From positions 1,268 through 65,267 of the forward strand of contig NZ_JAVVES010000003.1 of the NCBI RefSeq assembly GCF_032250955.1: 64,000 nucleotides of DNA, in the 5' to 3' direction. The stretch comes from Sulfuriflexus sp. (GTDB lineage Bacteria > Pseudomonadota > Gammaproteobacteria > AKS1). The notes under the pieces were generated by a model. That model was not told the DNA's origin and ran no database searches. It saw only the letters and a list, made by a program, of their open reading frames with translations. Positions within the stretch are counted from its first letter, which is position 1; each line of letters opens with the position of its first letter. A program made the position numbers and the translations under genes. Shown here piece by piece: positions 10,636-20,201 of this stretch.

Positions 10636-11553
10636 CTATGTCCGCAGCAACGGGTACTGCAGAATCTTGCCAGACTCCTCCAGCACGAAGTCCTTGAAGG
10701 CCCGTGCCACGGGAGACAGGCGCTTGCCCTTGCGCTGGACAATATACCAGTGTCGCAAAATCGGGAACGACTCCACATCCAGAACCACCAGGCGCTGCAT
10801 CTCCAGTTCCAGCTCCAGCGTGTGCAGGGAAACAATTCCCAGGCCCAGGCCGGCCTGCACAGCCTGCTTGATGGCCTCGTTGGAACTCATTTCCATCGCT
10901 GTCGTCAGCTGCGCACGCTTTTCAGCAAAAAACCGCTCCATGGCGATCCGCGTGCCCGAACCGGGTTCACGCATGATAAAGGTCTCTTCCTGCAGGCGCT
11001 GGATCGTGATGGCCTTCTTCCCGGCCAGCGCGTGATCCGGGGGCGCAATCACGACCAGCGGATTTTCCATGAAGGCCTCGGCTTCCAGTTCCAGCTTTTG
11101 TGGCGGCAACCCCATAATGACCATATCCGAGTCATTGGCCTCGAGGTGTGAAATGAGGCCTTCGCGATTCGTCACATCCAGGTTTACGGTGACCGCCTCG
11201 TGGCGGGCACTGAAAACGGCCAGCAAGCGGGGGGCGAAATAATTCGCCGTACTGGCGACAGCGATCATCAGGCGCCCGCGCCGCACCCCTTTCAAATCCT
11301 CGAGAATCTGTTCCGTCTCGTCAAGCTGGTTATCGACAATCCTGCTGGCCTGATACAGTTCATGCCCAGCTTCGGTCAAAAAGATCTTTTTCCCCAGTTG
11401 CTCGAACAGGGCAATGCCAAGGTTGCTCTCTAATTGCTTTATTTGCATGGAGACACCGGGCTGTGACAGATATAATTCCTCGGCCGCGCGGGTATAGCTC
11501 TTGAGTCGCCCCACCGCTTCAAAAACACGCAATTGGCGTAATGTGACATTCAT
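10636..11553 (-). CDS. cbbR: LysR-family transcriptional regulator of the RuBisCO operon
   Basis: 305 aa with N-terminal wHTH MNVTLRQLRVFEAVGRLKSYTRAAEELYLSQPGVSMQIKQLE. It is divergent from cbbL, the classic cbbR position. Confidence 0.88.
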   Translation of the reverse strand: MNVTLRQLRVFEAVGRLKSYTRAAEELYLSQPGVSMQIKQLESNLGIALFEQLGKKIFLTEAGHELYQASRIVDNQLDETEQILEDLKGVRRGRLMIAVASTANYFAPRLLAVFSARHEAVTVNLDVTNREGLISHLEANDSDMVIMGLPPQKLELEAEAFMENPLVVIAPPDHALAGKKAITIQRLQEETFIMREPGSGTRIAMERFFAEKRAQLTTAMEMSSNEAIKQAVQAGLGLGIVSLHTLELELEMQRLVVLDVESFPILRHWYIVQRKGKRLSPVARAFKDFVLEESGKILQYPLLRT

Positions 11554-11564
11554 GATTTGCCGCC

Positions 11565-11587
11565 TATAACCATAAGTATTTACTTAT
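11565..11587. promoter_or_regulatory. Candidate CbbR (LysR-type) operator: TATAACCATAAG-N5-ACTTAT containing the dyad ATAAG-N6-CTTAT
   Basis: It lies in the cbbR-cbbL divergent intergenic region. A near-identical 23-mer (19 of 23 identical by eye) recurs upstream of cbbM at 17528-17550. A second ACTTAT half-site sits 19 nt downstream (11601-11606). Confidence 0.5.
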
Positions 11588-11769
11588 CGTTTCAATCAAA
11601 ACTTATGAGTGTTAATTATGCACTATTGGGCATATATTTCCCAGCCTCAGGTAGTGGAGAGAAAAATAACCTTAAGAATTAATGGTTTATTTTGCCAAAA
11701 GGTGCGCCGAACCGCGCCACCTTGTCCACCAGAGACACTGTTTTTTTATCGACCATCAGGAGGCCTACC

Positions 11770-13191
11770 ATGGCTACAAAAGGTTATAGCGCGGGTGTAA
11801 AAGAATACCGTGAAACATATTGGATGCCCGATTACACACCAAAAGACACCGATCTTCTGGCCTGTTTTAAAATCACCCCCCAGGAAGGCGTGCCGCGTGA
11901 AGAAGTCGCTGCTGCTGTTGCCGCTGAATCTTCAACCGGTACCTGGACCACGGTCTGGACTGACCTGCTGACTGACCTGGATTATTACAAGGGTCGTGCC
12001 TACGCCATCGAAGACGTACCCGGTGATGACACCTGCTTCTACGCATTCGTTGCTTACCCAATCGACCTGTTCGAAGAAGGCTCGGTTGTCAACGTACTGA
12101 CCTCACTGGTCGGTAACGTATTCGGCTTCAAGGCCCTGCGTGCCCTGCGCCTGGAAGACATTCGCTTCCCGGTTGCCTACGTTATGACCTGTAATGGACC
12201 GCCCCAGGGTATCCAGGTTGAACGTGACCTGCTGAACAAATACGGTCGTCCTCTGCTGGGTTGTACCATCAAGCCCAAGCTCGGCCTGTCTGCGAAGAAC
12301 TACGGTCGCGCCTGTTATGAAGGTCTGCGTGGTGGTCTGGACTTCACCAAGGACGACGAAAACGTCAACTCACAGCCGTTCATGCGCTGGCGTCACCGTT
12401 TCGACTTCGTTATGGAAGCCATCCAGAAGGCCGAGGCCGAAACCGGCGAGCGTAAGGGTCATTACCTGAACGTTACTGCCCCGACCGCCGATGAAATGAT
12501 GCGTCGTGCTGAATACGCGAAAGAAATCGGCGCGCCGATCATCATGCATGACTACCTGACCGGTGGTCTGTCTGCCAACACCCAGCTCGCTCAGTGGTGT
12601 CAGAACAACGGCATGCTGCTGCACATTCACCGCGCCATGCACGCCGTGCTTGACCGTAACCCGCACCACGGTATCCACTTCCGCGTACTCACCAAGGTTC
12701 TGCGTCTTTCTGGTGGTGACCACCTGCACTCCGGTACGGTTGTGGGCAAGCTGGAAGGCGACCGCGATGCAACCCTGGGCTGGATCGACATCATGCGCGA
12801 TTCATACATCAAGGAAGACCGTTCACGCGGTATCTTCTTCGACCAGGATTGGGGCGCCATGCCAGGCGTGATCCCGGTTGCTTCCGGTGGTATCCATGTA
12901 TGGCACATGCCTGCACTGGTTAGCATCTTCGGCGATGATTCCTGCCTGCAGTTCGGTGGCGGCACACTGGGTCACCCATGGGGCAACGCTGCTGGTGCGG
13001 CTGCCAACCGTGTTGCGGTTGAAGCCTGTGTTGAAGCACGTAACGCTGGTCACGAACTTGAGGTCGAAGGTAAGGAAATCCTTACTAATGCTGCCAAGCA
13101 CAGCCCGGAACTCAAGATGGCCATGGAAACATGGAAAGAAATCAAATTCGAATTTGATACGGTTGACAAGATCGACGTCGCGCATAAATAA
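11770..13191 (+). CDS. cbbL: RuBisCO form IA large subunit
   Basis: 473 aa starting [38 protein letters not shown], preceded by AGGAGG. The ORF-track start at 11692 is an upstream extension. Confidence 0.97.
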   Translation: MATKGYSAGVKEYRETYWMPDYTPKDTDLLACFKITPQEGVPREEVAAAVAAESSTGTWTTVWTDLLTDLDYYKGRAYAIEDVPGDDTCFYAFVAYPIDLFEEGSVVNVLTSLVGNVFGFKALRALRLEDIRFPVAYVMTCNGPPQGIQVERDLLNKYGRPLLGCTIKPKLGLSAKNYGRACYEGLRGGLDFTKDDENVNSQPFMRWRHRFDFVMEAIQKAEAETGERKGHYLNVTAPTADEMMRRAEYAKEIGAPIIMHDYLTGGLSANTQLAQWCQNNGMLLHIHRAMHAVLDRNPHHGIHFRVLTKVLRLSGGDHLHSGTVVGKLEGDRDATLGWIDIMRDSYIKEDRSRGIFFDQDWGAMPGVIPVASGGIHVWHMPALVSIFGDDSCLQFGGGTLGHPWGNAAGAAANRVAVEACVEARNAGHELEVEGKEILTNAAKHSPELKMAMETWKEIKFEFDTVDKIDVAHK

Positions 13192-13294
13192 GCGACTTGT
13201 TATTGATCATCAGCGGCAAGGTGCCCGATTTTATACCCGGTACCTTGCCGCACGATCCAGTCATACGAATTTAAATTTTTTGGAGTAAATCACT

Positions 13295-13654
13295 ATGAGT
13301 GAAGTACAAGATTACAATTCAAGCCTGAGCGATGCTGCCCAGAGCCGTAAATATGAAACCTTTTCCTACCTGCCGCCTTTGAGCAAGGAATCAACACGCG
13401 CACAGATCCAGTACATTGTTGATAAAGGCTGGAACCCGGGTATCGAACACACTGAACCGGAAAATGCACGTAGCAACTACTGGTACATGTGGAAACTGCC
13501 AATGTTCGGCGAAACCGATGTGGATGCTATCCTGGCTGAACTCGAAGCCTGCCACAAGGCACATCCGGACAACCATGTTCGTCTGCTGGGCTTTGATAAC
13601 TTTGCACAGTCCGCAGGTACGGCAATGGTAGTTTACCGCGGTAAGTCAGTTTAG
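13295..13654 (+). CDS. cbbS: RuBisCO form I small subunit
   Basis: 119 aa with [10 protein letters not shown]...[11 protein letters not shown], typical of form IA small subunits. Confidence 0.95.
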   Translation: MSEVQDYNSSLSDAAQSRKYETFSYLPPLSKESTRAQIQYIVDKGWNPGIEHTEPENARSNYWYMWKLPMFGETDVDAILAELEACHKAHPDNHVRLLGFDNFAQSAGTAMVVYRGKSV

Positions 13655-13680
13655 TTCCGCAGGGTAATATGATGCATAAA

Positions 13681-13719
13681 GCCCCTGCCCAACAGAATAC
13701 GGACAGGGGCTTTTTTTTT
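13681..13719 (+). terminator. Rho-independent terminator after cbbS
   Basis: The GCCCCTG/CAGGGGC stem is extended by 2 bp, has a 10-nt loop and is followed by T9. Confidence 0.85.
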
Positions 13720-13764
13720 GCACCGACAATTAAAAGTCACAAACGACATTAACTGGAATAACCA

Positions 13765-14076
13765 ATGAGCAAACCAAATAAGTACGTAGGCATCAATAAT
13801 GATCTCAATGGAGGCATGACGACCATTGGCAAGATTATTCGTGATGCGTGGGTATTTGGCCTGATACCAGAATCTGAAACATGTGAAGGCTGGAATCTGG
13901 CCCAGATTGACGGGCTGTTACAGAAAGTAAATGCTGAATGGGACAAGTATGGTTGTCTGGTCAGTCACCTGCCTGAAGACTTGCGTCGCCGTCATGAAGA
14001 ATTCCATGACGCAGCCATTGCCAATGCCAGGGCGGTGGGCTGGAGTGGTGAAGTTGAAACCGATGATGAAAAATGA
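13765..14076 (+). CDS. Hypothetical 103-aa acidic protein between cbbS and cbbQ
   Basis: The ORF has protein-like composition (GWNLAQIDGLLQKVNAEWDKYG...; C-terminal EVETDDEK). I recognise no family. The Shine-Dalgarno is weak. It lies after the cbbS terminator and 37 nt before cbbQ. Confidence 0.5.
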   Translation: MSKPNKYVGINNDLNGGMTTIGKIIRDAWVFGLIPESETCEGWNLAQIDGLLQKVNAEWDKYGCLVSHLPEDLRRRHEEFHDAAIANARAVGWSGEVETDDEK

Positions 14077-14113
14077 TGGCTGTGGTTAGCCCTATATTGC
14101 AAAGAGGTGAGAT

Positions 14114-14923
14114 ATGTCTTCTATAGATATTGCACAATACAAAATTCAAACAGAGCCTTACTACCAGACGGTTGCAGATGAAACTGCCTTGTACGAAGCC
14201 GCTTACGAGGTGCGCATGCCGATGATGCTGAAAGGCCCGACCGGCTGTGGCAAATCCCGTTTTGTCGAGTACATGGCATGGAAACTCGGCAAACCGCTGA
14301 TTACCGTTGCCTGTAATGAAGACATGACAGCCTCTGACCTGGTCGGTCGCTTCCTGCTCGATAAGGAAGGTACCAAGTGGCAGGATGGTCCTCTCACCAC
14401 GGCTGCGCGTCTCGGCGCCATCTGTTATCTCGATGAGGTCGTCGAGGCCCGCCAGGACACCACGGTAGTCATTCACCCGCTGACTGATCACCGCCGGACA
14501 TTGCCACTCGACAAGAAAGGCGAACTCATTGAGGCACACCCTGATTTTCAACTGGTGATCTCCTATAACCCCGGCTACCAGAGCCTGATGAAGGACCTGA
14601 AACAGTCCACCAAGCAACGCTTTGGGGGCCTGAACTTCGACTACCCGGAAGAAAAAATCGAAACCGAGATCGTGGCCAGGGAATCAGGGATTGATAGCGA
14701 TACCGCCCACAAGCTGGTGCAGATTGCCCACCGGGCCCGCAACCTTAAAGGTCATGGCCTGGATGAAGGTATCTCCACCCGCCTGCTCGTCTATGCGGGA
14801 AACCTGATCAATAAAGGTGTGGAACCGGTCGCCGCCTGTAGCATGACCATGGTGACGCCGCTGACCGATGACCCAGACATGCGCGATACCCTGAACGCCG
14901 CTGTACAAACGTTTTTTGGTTAA
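14114..14923 (+). CDS. cbbQ: MoxR-type AAA+ RuBisCO activase subunit CbbQ (form I-associated copy)
   Basis: 269 aa with Walker A GPTGCGKS and a highly conserved CbbQ core ([40 protein letters not shown]). Confidence 0.93.
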   Translation: MSSIDIAQYKIQTEPYYQTVADETALYEAAYEVRMPMMLKGPTGCGKSRFVEYMAWKLGKPLITVACNEDMTASDLVGRFLLDKEGTKWQDGPLTTAARLGAICYLDEVVEARQDTTVVIHPLTDHRRTLPLDKKGELIEAHPDFQLVISYNPGYQSLMKDLKQSTKQRFGGLNFDYPEEKIETEIVARESGIDSDTAHKLVQIAHRARNLKGHGLDEGISTRLLVYAGNLINKGVEPVAACSMTMVTPLTDDPDMRDTLNAAVQTFFG

Positions 14924-15021
14924 CACACGACCCGGAGAGGCGAAGACGGCAAGCGCATATAACCGTTCCTGTGATTTTGTCTTCGCGTGCTGAACATCTT
15001 GACGTTAGAGATTGTTATTAA

Positions 15022-17361
15022 ATGTCGATAAAACTTGAAGATTACGAAGACCAGCTGCAAGACGCGGCACCAGAGATCCGGGACGTACTTGAGGGTACGT
15101 TCTCGGAAGCCTCCCATGTCATGTCGCCCGCTGGCCTGCAGAATTACCTGGATGGCGCCAAAAGCCTGTGTGGTCTGGGGCGTGGCACGGATCTGGTGGT
15201 TTCTTACCTGCAGAATATGCCCCTCGTGGTCAAGGAGTGCGGTGAAGATATCATCACCGACTGCATTACTGCAGCCATGAAACTGGCCTCAATGACCTCG
15301 GGCGAAGTCATCTCGCTGCTGTTCAGCAGCTTGCCAACGGCCTCTCGCCGTCTTGGTGATGCTGAACTGCTCCGCGGCTACCTGACATTGATCCATCAGC
15401 TATCTTCAACCGCGTCACGTGGCGTACGCCCGATGCTTAACCACATCGATGAGCTGTTATCGAAACTGACCCTGAGTGGTCTGCGCCGCTGGGCAAACTT
15501 TGGCGCCCAGGCTTATCGCCGTGATTTTAATAATCTAACGTCTTATTTCAATCTGGAGTCACAAGACAGCCTGGCAATGCTGCAAAAAGAACGCCGTGGC
15601 ACCTTGTTTATTGATGTCCAGCGCAAACTGAATTTCTACCTGCGCGCACTCTGGGCCCGGGATTTCTTCCTGCGCCCGACCGGCGCCGACTACACCGACT
15701 TTCGCCCCTATATCGAGGCGCACATTGTGCACATGCCGGACGCAGTCGATGCCGTAGGCGAGGTCTCCGGCCTGGAGCTGTACCGGGCCACGGCCGCACA
15801 CATGGCTGCACATATCTGTTATACCACTGCGCCGATTTCAACCGAACAGCTGAGCCCCGCGCAAATGTTCTTTATCGGCTTTATTGAAGATGCCCGTATC
15901 GAATACAAAGCCATTCAGGAATTCCCCGGCATGAAGAAACTCTGGCATGCACTTTTGAATGAAGAAGCCGAAGACGATGTAGAGCATCCCACCATGCGTG
16001 TCCTTGAGCACGTCGCCCTGATGTTGCTGGATTCATCGGTGAAAAGTGATGACCAGGAACTGAACCGCTTCTGCGAAGACTTCCATGCACGCATTGACGA
16101 GGAACAGGACAATAACCAGTTCTCCTGGCACCAGGGGCTGGAGCTGTTTAACCTGTTTTCGAGCCGCAAAGCCGTGCCCAGCCTGCGTATCCTGGAACGT
16201 ATCGCCATACACTACCGTGATGACAATCGCTTTATCTGGGAATTCGAGGAATTCACCTTCGATACCATGAACGAGTATATTTCCACCCATCAGCGCCAGG
16301 TACGCAAGACCGTGAGTGTTGTGGAAATGGCCAACGAGGTTGACTGTGAACTGGCCGGTGACGATGCGCAGGAAATCTGGACCTGTGAAACAGAAATGTT
16401 TCCTTACGAAGACGATCTTGAGACCACCAAAAGCTTCAATGAAATGTGGGGTAAGGAAGCCATCTCTGAACCTTTCCACTATCCGGAATGGGATTACCAG
16501 ATTCAATTACACCGACCCGACTGGGTGAGCGTGTACGAACGTCGCCAGCCCAAGGGCGATCCCGTCATGATCGAAAAGATCCTGGCGGAGTACAAGCCAA
16601 TTGCTCACCGTATCAAGCAGATTATTGACCTGCTCACACCTGAAGGGGTTCAGCGGGTACGCAATATGGAAGATGGTGACGAGATCGACATCAATGCCGC
16701 CATCGATGCCATGATTGCCATTCGCATGGGCGAACAGCCCAATACGCGGATCACGATGCGTAATGTATTAAAGAATCGTGATCTGTCTGTCGTGGTGCTG
16801 ATGGACCTCTCGGAATCGACCAATGAGAAGATCGGTGGGTCGGACAAGACCGTACTGGAACTCACCCGCGAGGCCGCCACCCTGGTTGCCACCGCAATCG
16901 ATGGTATCGGTGATCCCTTCGCCCTGCACGGCTTCGCCTCTGATGGTCGTCATGACGTGCAGTACTACCGTTTCAAGGACTTTACCCAGCACTTTGATGA
17001 TGATGCCAGGTCGCGCCTGGCCGGTATGCAGGGTGGTTTATCGACTCGCATGGGCGCAGCCATGCGCCATGCCGGCCAGCACCTGTTAAAACAACCAGAG
17101 CGGCGGAAATTGTTACTGCTTGTGACTGATGGTGAGCCGGCGGACATTGATGAGCGGGATCCGCAACACCTGCGTCACGACACCAAAAAGGCCGTGGAAG
17201 AACTCTATAGCAAGGGTGTCCTGTCCTATTGCCTGACGCTCGACCCGAATGCCGACAGTTACGTGAAACGTATTTTCGGTGCGAATAACTACACGGTCAT
17301 TGACCACGTCGATCGTCTGCCAGAGCAATTGCCGGTCCTGTTTGCCAGCCTGACCGCCTGA
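15022..17361 (+). CDS. cbbO: CbbO, VWA-domain adaptor of the CbbQ activase (form I-associated copy)
   Basis: 779 aa. The C-terminal von Willebrand A domain has a MIDAS-like VVVLMDLSEST and LLLVTDGEPADID. It follows cbbQ. Confidence 0.9.
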   Translation: MSIKLEDYEDQLQDAAPEIRDVLEGTFSEASHVMSPAGLQNYLDGAKSLCGLGRGTDLVVSYLQNMPLVVKECGEDIITDCITAAMKLASMTSGEVISLLFSSLPTASRRLGDAELLRGYLTLIHQLSSTASRGVRPMLNHIDELLSKLTLSGLRRWANFGAQAYRRDFNNLTSYFNLESQDSLAMLQKERRGTLFIDVQRKLNFYLRALWARDFFLRPTGADYTDFRPYIEAHIVHMPDAVDAVGEVSGLELYRATAAHMAAHICYTTAPISTEQLSPAQMFFIGFIEDARIEYKAIQEFPGMKKLWHALLNEEAEDDVEHPTMRVLEHVALMLLDSSVKSDDQELNRFCEDFHARIDEEQDNNQFSWHQGLELFNLFSSRKAVPSLRILERIAIHYRDDNRFIWEFEEFTFDTMNEYISTHQRQVRKTVSVVEMANEVDCELAGDDAQEIWTCETEMFPYEDDLETTKSFNEMWGKEAISEPFHYPEWDYQIQLHRPDWVSVYERRQPKGDPVMIEKILAEYKPIAHRIKQIIDLLTPEGVQRVRNMEDGDEIDINAAIDAMIAIRMGEQPNTRITMRNVLKNRDLSVVVLMDLSESTNEKIGGSDKTVLELTREAATLVATAIDGIGDPFALHGFASDGRHDVQYYRFKDFTQHFDDDARSRLAGMQGGLSTRMGAAMRHAGQHLLKQPERRKLLLLVTDGEPADIDERDPQHLRHDTKKAVEELYSKGVLSYCLTLDPNADSYVKRIFGANNYTVIDHVDRLPEQLPVLFASLTA

Positions 17362-17527
17362 ACAGGCCGGTAGCAGGTCCGGGGATCTCCCTCAAAACGG
17401 TCGCATTTGGCTCTCTATTCCTCCCCCTTCATACCTTGATCGGCTGCCCGCGAGTATTTTTATCTCCCTGGGCACGTCAGCATGCACCGCATAACCTGCA
17501 TTAACCTTATGGTATATATAAGCATTT

Positions 17528-17550
17528 TATAACCATAAGCAAATACTTAT
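17528..17550. promoter_or_regulatory. Second copy of the candidate CbbR operator, upstream of cbbM
   Basis: TATAACCATAAGCAAATACTTAT compares with TATAACCATAAGTATTTACTTAT at 11565-11587. It is flanked by CTTAT-N7-ATAAG (17506-17522) and a further ACTTAT (17567-17572), within an AT-rich promoter-like stretch. Confidence 0.5.
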
Positions 17551-17749
17551 AGTAACGATGATATTTACTTATTTCTATTGATGCACAAACTCCCCTAGGA
17601 TTGCCCCTCGATTTTATAGTCATATATTCGACACGGTAATAACGCAGCGTGGCGCTTGGTTATTGCCCGGCAAGCAGAGTGAATACCAACCTGTACCACC
17701 GTATCGCTCGCAGCTAATGATTTTACCCGTAACCCCAAGGAGTCCTTAA

Positions 17750-19138
17750 ATGGCTTTATTAGATCAAACAGGCCGTTATTCTGACCTGAGCCTGAACGAA
17801 GAGAACCTGCTTGCCGATGGCAAACACATTCTCGTTGCCTACACCATGGAGCCAGCCGAAGGCCATGGTTACCTGGAAGCAGCCGCTCACTTCGCAGCCG
17901 AATCTTCAACCGGTACCAACGTTGAGGTTTCAACGACCGATGACTTCACCAAGGGTGTAGATGCCCTGGTTTATGAAATCGATGAAGCCAAGGGCATCAT
18001 GAAGATCGCTTACCCGAACGAATTGTTCGATCGTAACGTCATCGACGGCCGCGCCATGATCGTCTCGTTCCTGACTCTCGCCATCGGCAACAACCAGGGC
18101 ATGGGCGACATCAAGAACTCACAGATGTTCGACTTCTACATTCCCCCTAAAATGCTGCAACTGTTTGACGGCCCGGCAATGGACATCTCTGACATGTGGC
18201 GGATTCTGGGTCGTCCAATTAAAGACGGTGGTTACATTGCCGGGACAATCATCAAGCCCAAACTGGGTCTGCGTCCAGAGCCATTCGCTGATGCTGCATA
18301 CCAGTTCTGGCTTGGCGGTGACTTCATCAAAAACGACGAACCACAGGGTAACCAGGTCTTCTGTCCAATGAAGAAGGTTATACCTCTTGTTGCAGATGCC
18401 ATGAAGCGTGCACAGGATGAAACCGGTGAAGCCAAACTGTTCTCTGCCAACATCACGGCTGACGATCACCACGAAATGTGTGCCCGTGCTGACTACGTGC
18501 TGGAAACATTTGCTGAAGATGCTTCTCACGTCGCCTTCCTGGTCGACGGTTATGTTGGTGGCCCGGGCATGGTTACCACTGCACGTCGCAACTACCCGGG
18601 ACAGTACCTGCATTACCACCGCGCCGGTCATGGTGCCATCACTTCACCTTCATCCAAGCGTGGTTACACTGCTTATATCCTGGCCAAGATGTCACGTCTG
18701 ATGGGTGCCTCCGGGATCCACGTCGGCACCATGGGTTATGGCAAGATGGAAGGCGATGCATCTGACAAGATTATTGCTTACATGATCGAACGTGATGAAT
18801 GTCAGGGTCCTGTCTACTACCAGAAATGGTATGGCATGAAGCCAACTACCCCGATTATCTCTGGTGGCATGAACGCGCTACGTCTGCCCGGTTTCTTCGA
18901 GAACCTCGGCCACGGTAACGTCATTAACACCTCTGGTGGTGGTGCTTACGGTCACATCGACAGCCCGGCAGCGGGTGCAAAATCCCTGCATCAGGCCTAC
19001 GAATGCTGGAAGCAAGGTGCCGACCCCATTGAGTACGCGAAAGAGCATAAGGAATTCGCACGTGCATTCGAGTCATTCGAGCATGATGCCGATGCCCTGT
19101 ACCCGGGCTGGCGTGACAAGCTGGGCGTACACAAATAA
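17750..19138 (+). CDS. cbbM: RuBisCO form II
   Basis: 462 aa with [38 protein letters not shown]...[12 protein letters not shown], diagnostic of form II. No small subunit follows. Confidence 0.96.
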   Translation: MALLDQTGRYSDLSLNEENLLADGKHILVAYTMEPAEGHGYLEAAAHFAAESSTGTNVEVSTTDDFTKGVDALVYEIDEAKGIMKIAYPNELFDRNVIDGRAMIVSFLTLAIGNNQGMGDIKNSQMFDFYIPPKMLQLFDGPAMDISDMWRILGRPIKDGGYIAGTIIKPKLGLRPEPFADAAYQFWLGGDFIKNDEPQGNQVFCPMKKVIPLVADAMKRAQDETGEAKLFSANITADDHHEMCARADYVLETFAEDASHVAFLVDGYVGGPGMVTTARRNYPGQYLHYHRAGHGAITSPSSKRGYTAYILAKMSRLMGASGIHVGTMGYGKMEGDASDKIIAYMIERDECQGPVYYQKWYGMKPTTPIISGGMNALRLPGFFENLGHGNVINTSGGGAYGHIDSPAAGAKSLHQAYECWKQGADPIEYAKEHKEFARAFESFEHDADALYPGWRDKLGVHK

Positions 19139-19212
19139 ATATGCTGAAAAGGCTGGCTGAAATGCCGTTGCTACGCGTTCTTGTACCTGACGCATACCAG
19201 TCAGCCTGACTA

Positions 19213-19241
19213 AAAAGCCCCTGCATGCAGGGGCTTTTTTT
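19213..19241 (+). terminator. Rho-independent terminator after cbbM
   Basis: AGCCCCTGCATGCAGGGGCT forms a perfect hairpin followed by T7. Confidence 0.85.
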
Positions 19242-19344
19242 CCAACCACCTAACCCGGATAAAAAATCACTATTCCAGAATTTATTGCAGGCTTTAAACG
19301 AGAAATTAATTCTGGAATGGTTATCACGATACAGGACGAGACCA

Positions 19345-20166
19345 ATGAGCAACCCGGATCAGAAAATCGATATCGAACAATACAAGATCGAAAACGAACC
19401 GTATTACGAGCCGCAGGACAAGGAAGTCTCTTTATACGAGGCGGCGTATAAAACGCGTATGCCGGTAATGATCAAGGGTCCTACCGGTTGCGGTAAGTCA
19501 CGCTTTATTGAACATATGGCCTGGAAACTGCAAAAGCCGCTCATCACTGTTGCCTGTAATGAAGATATGACGGCTTCTGACCTGGTGGGTCGTTACTTGC
19601 TTGATGCGGATGGTACACGCTGGCTGGACGGTCCCTTAACCACCGCCGCACGCATTGGTGCAATTTGTTACCTGGACGAGATTGTTGAGGCCCGACAGGA
19701 CACCACGGTTGTGATCCATCCCCTGACTGACCACCGTCGCACTCTGCCCCTGGATAAAAAAGGCGAACTCATCAATGCTCATCCCGATTTCCAGCTGGTT
19801 ATCTCCTACAACCCGGGTTACCAGAGCCTGATGAAGGATTTGAAACAATCAACCAAGCAACGTTTCACGGCAATGGACTTTGACTACCCGGCTGCCGGCG
19901 TTGAAGCGACTATTGTTGAAAAAGAAACAGGTATCGATGCCGACACCGCCATGAAACTGGTCAAGATCGGCGGCACCGCACGCAACCTGAAAGGCCACGG
20001 TCTGGATGAAGGGATCTCAACGCGCTTGTTAACCTATGCCGCCACCTTGATAATCAATGGTGTTACGCCTGTTGACGCCTGTCGCATGGCACTGGTTCGC
20101 CCGATTACGGATGATGTCGATATTCGCAGTACATTAGATCACGCAATTGATGCCGTCTTTGCCTGA
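19345..20166 (+). CDS. cbbQ: CbbQ AAA+ activase subunit (form II-associated copy)
   Basis: 273 aa from MSNPDQKIDIEQYKIENEPYY. It is a paralogue of the 14114-14923 gene. The ORF-track start at 19225 reads through the terminator and is rejected. Confidence 0.92.
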   Translation: MSNPDQKIDIEQYKIENEPYYEPQDKEVSLYEAAYKTRMPVMIKGPTGCGKSRFIEHMAWKLQKPLITVACNEDMTASDLVGRYLLDADGTRWLDGPLTTAARIGAICYLDEIVEARQDTTVVIHPLTDHRRTLPLDKKGELINAHPDFQLVISYNPGYQSLMKDLKQSTKQRFTAMDFDYPAAGVEATIVEKETGIDADTAMKLVKIGGTARNLKGHGLDEGISTRLLTYAATLIINGVTPVDACRMALVRPITDDVDIRSTLDHAIDAVFA

Positions 20167-20201
20167 TTCATGATGCCCATACCGGAACAGCAGAACTTAT
20201 C

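Noticed and set aside
11692-11769. N-terminal extensions in the ORF track: cbbL from 11692, second cbbQ from 19225, purC from 29374, thioredoxin-like from 27299, pgk from 38322, response regulator from 30945
   Set aside because: In each case an internal ATG with a good Shine-Dalgarno gives the canonical family N-terminus. The 19225 extension would also read through the cbbM terminator.
13961-14617. 218-aa minus-strand ORF
   Set aside because: It is antisense to cbbQ, whose identity is unambiguous (Walker A and a conserved core). No motifs.
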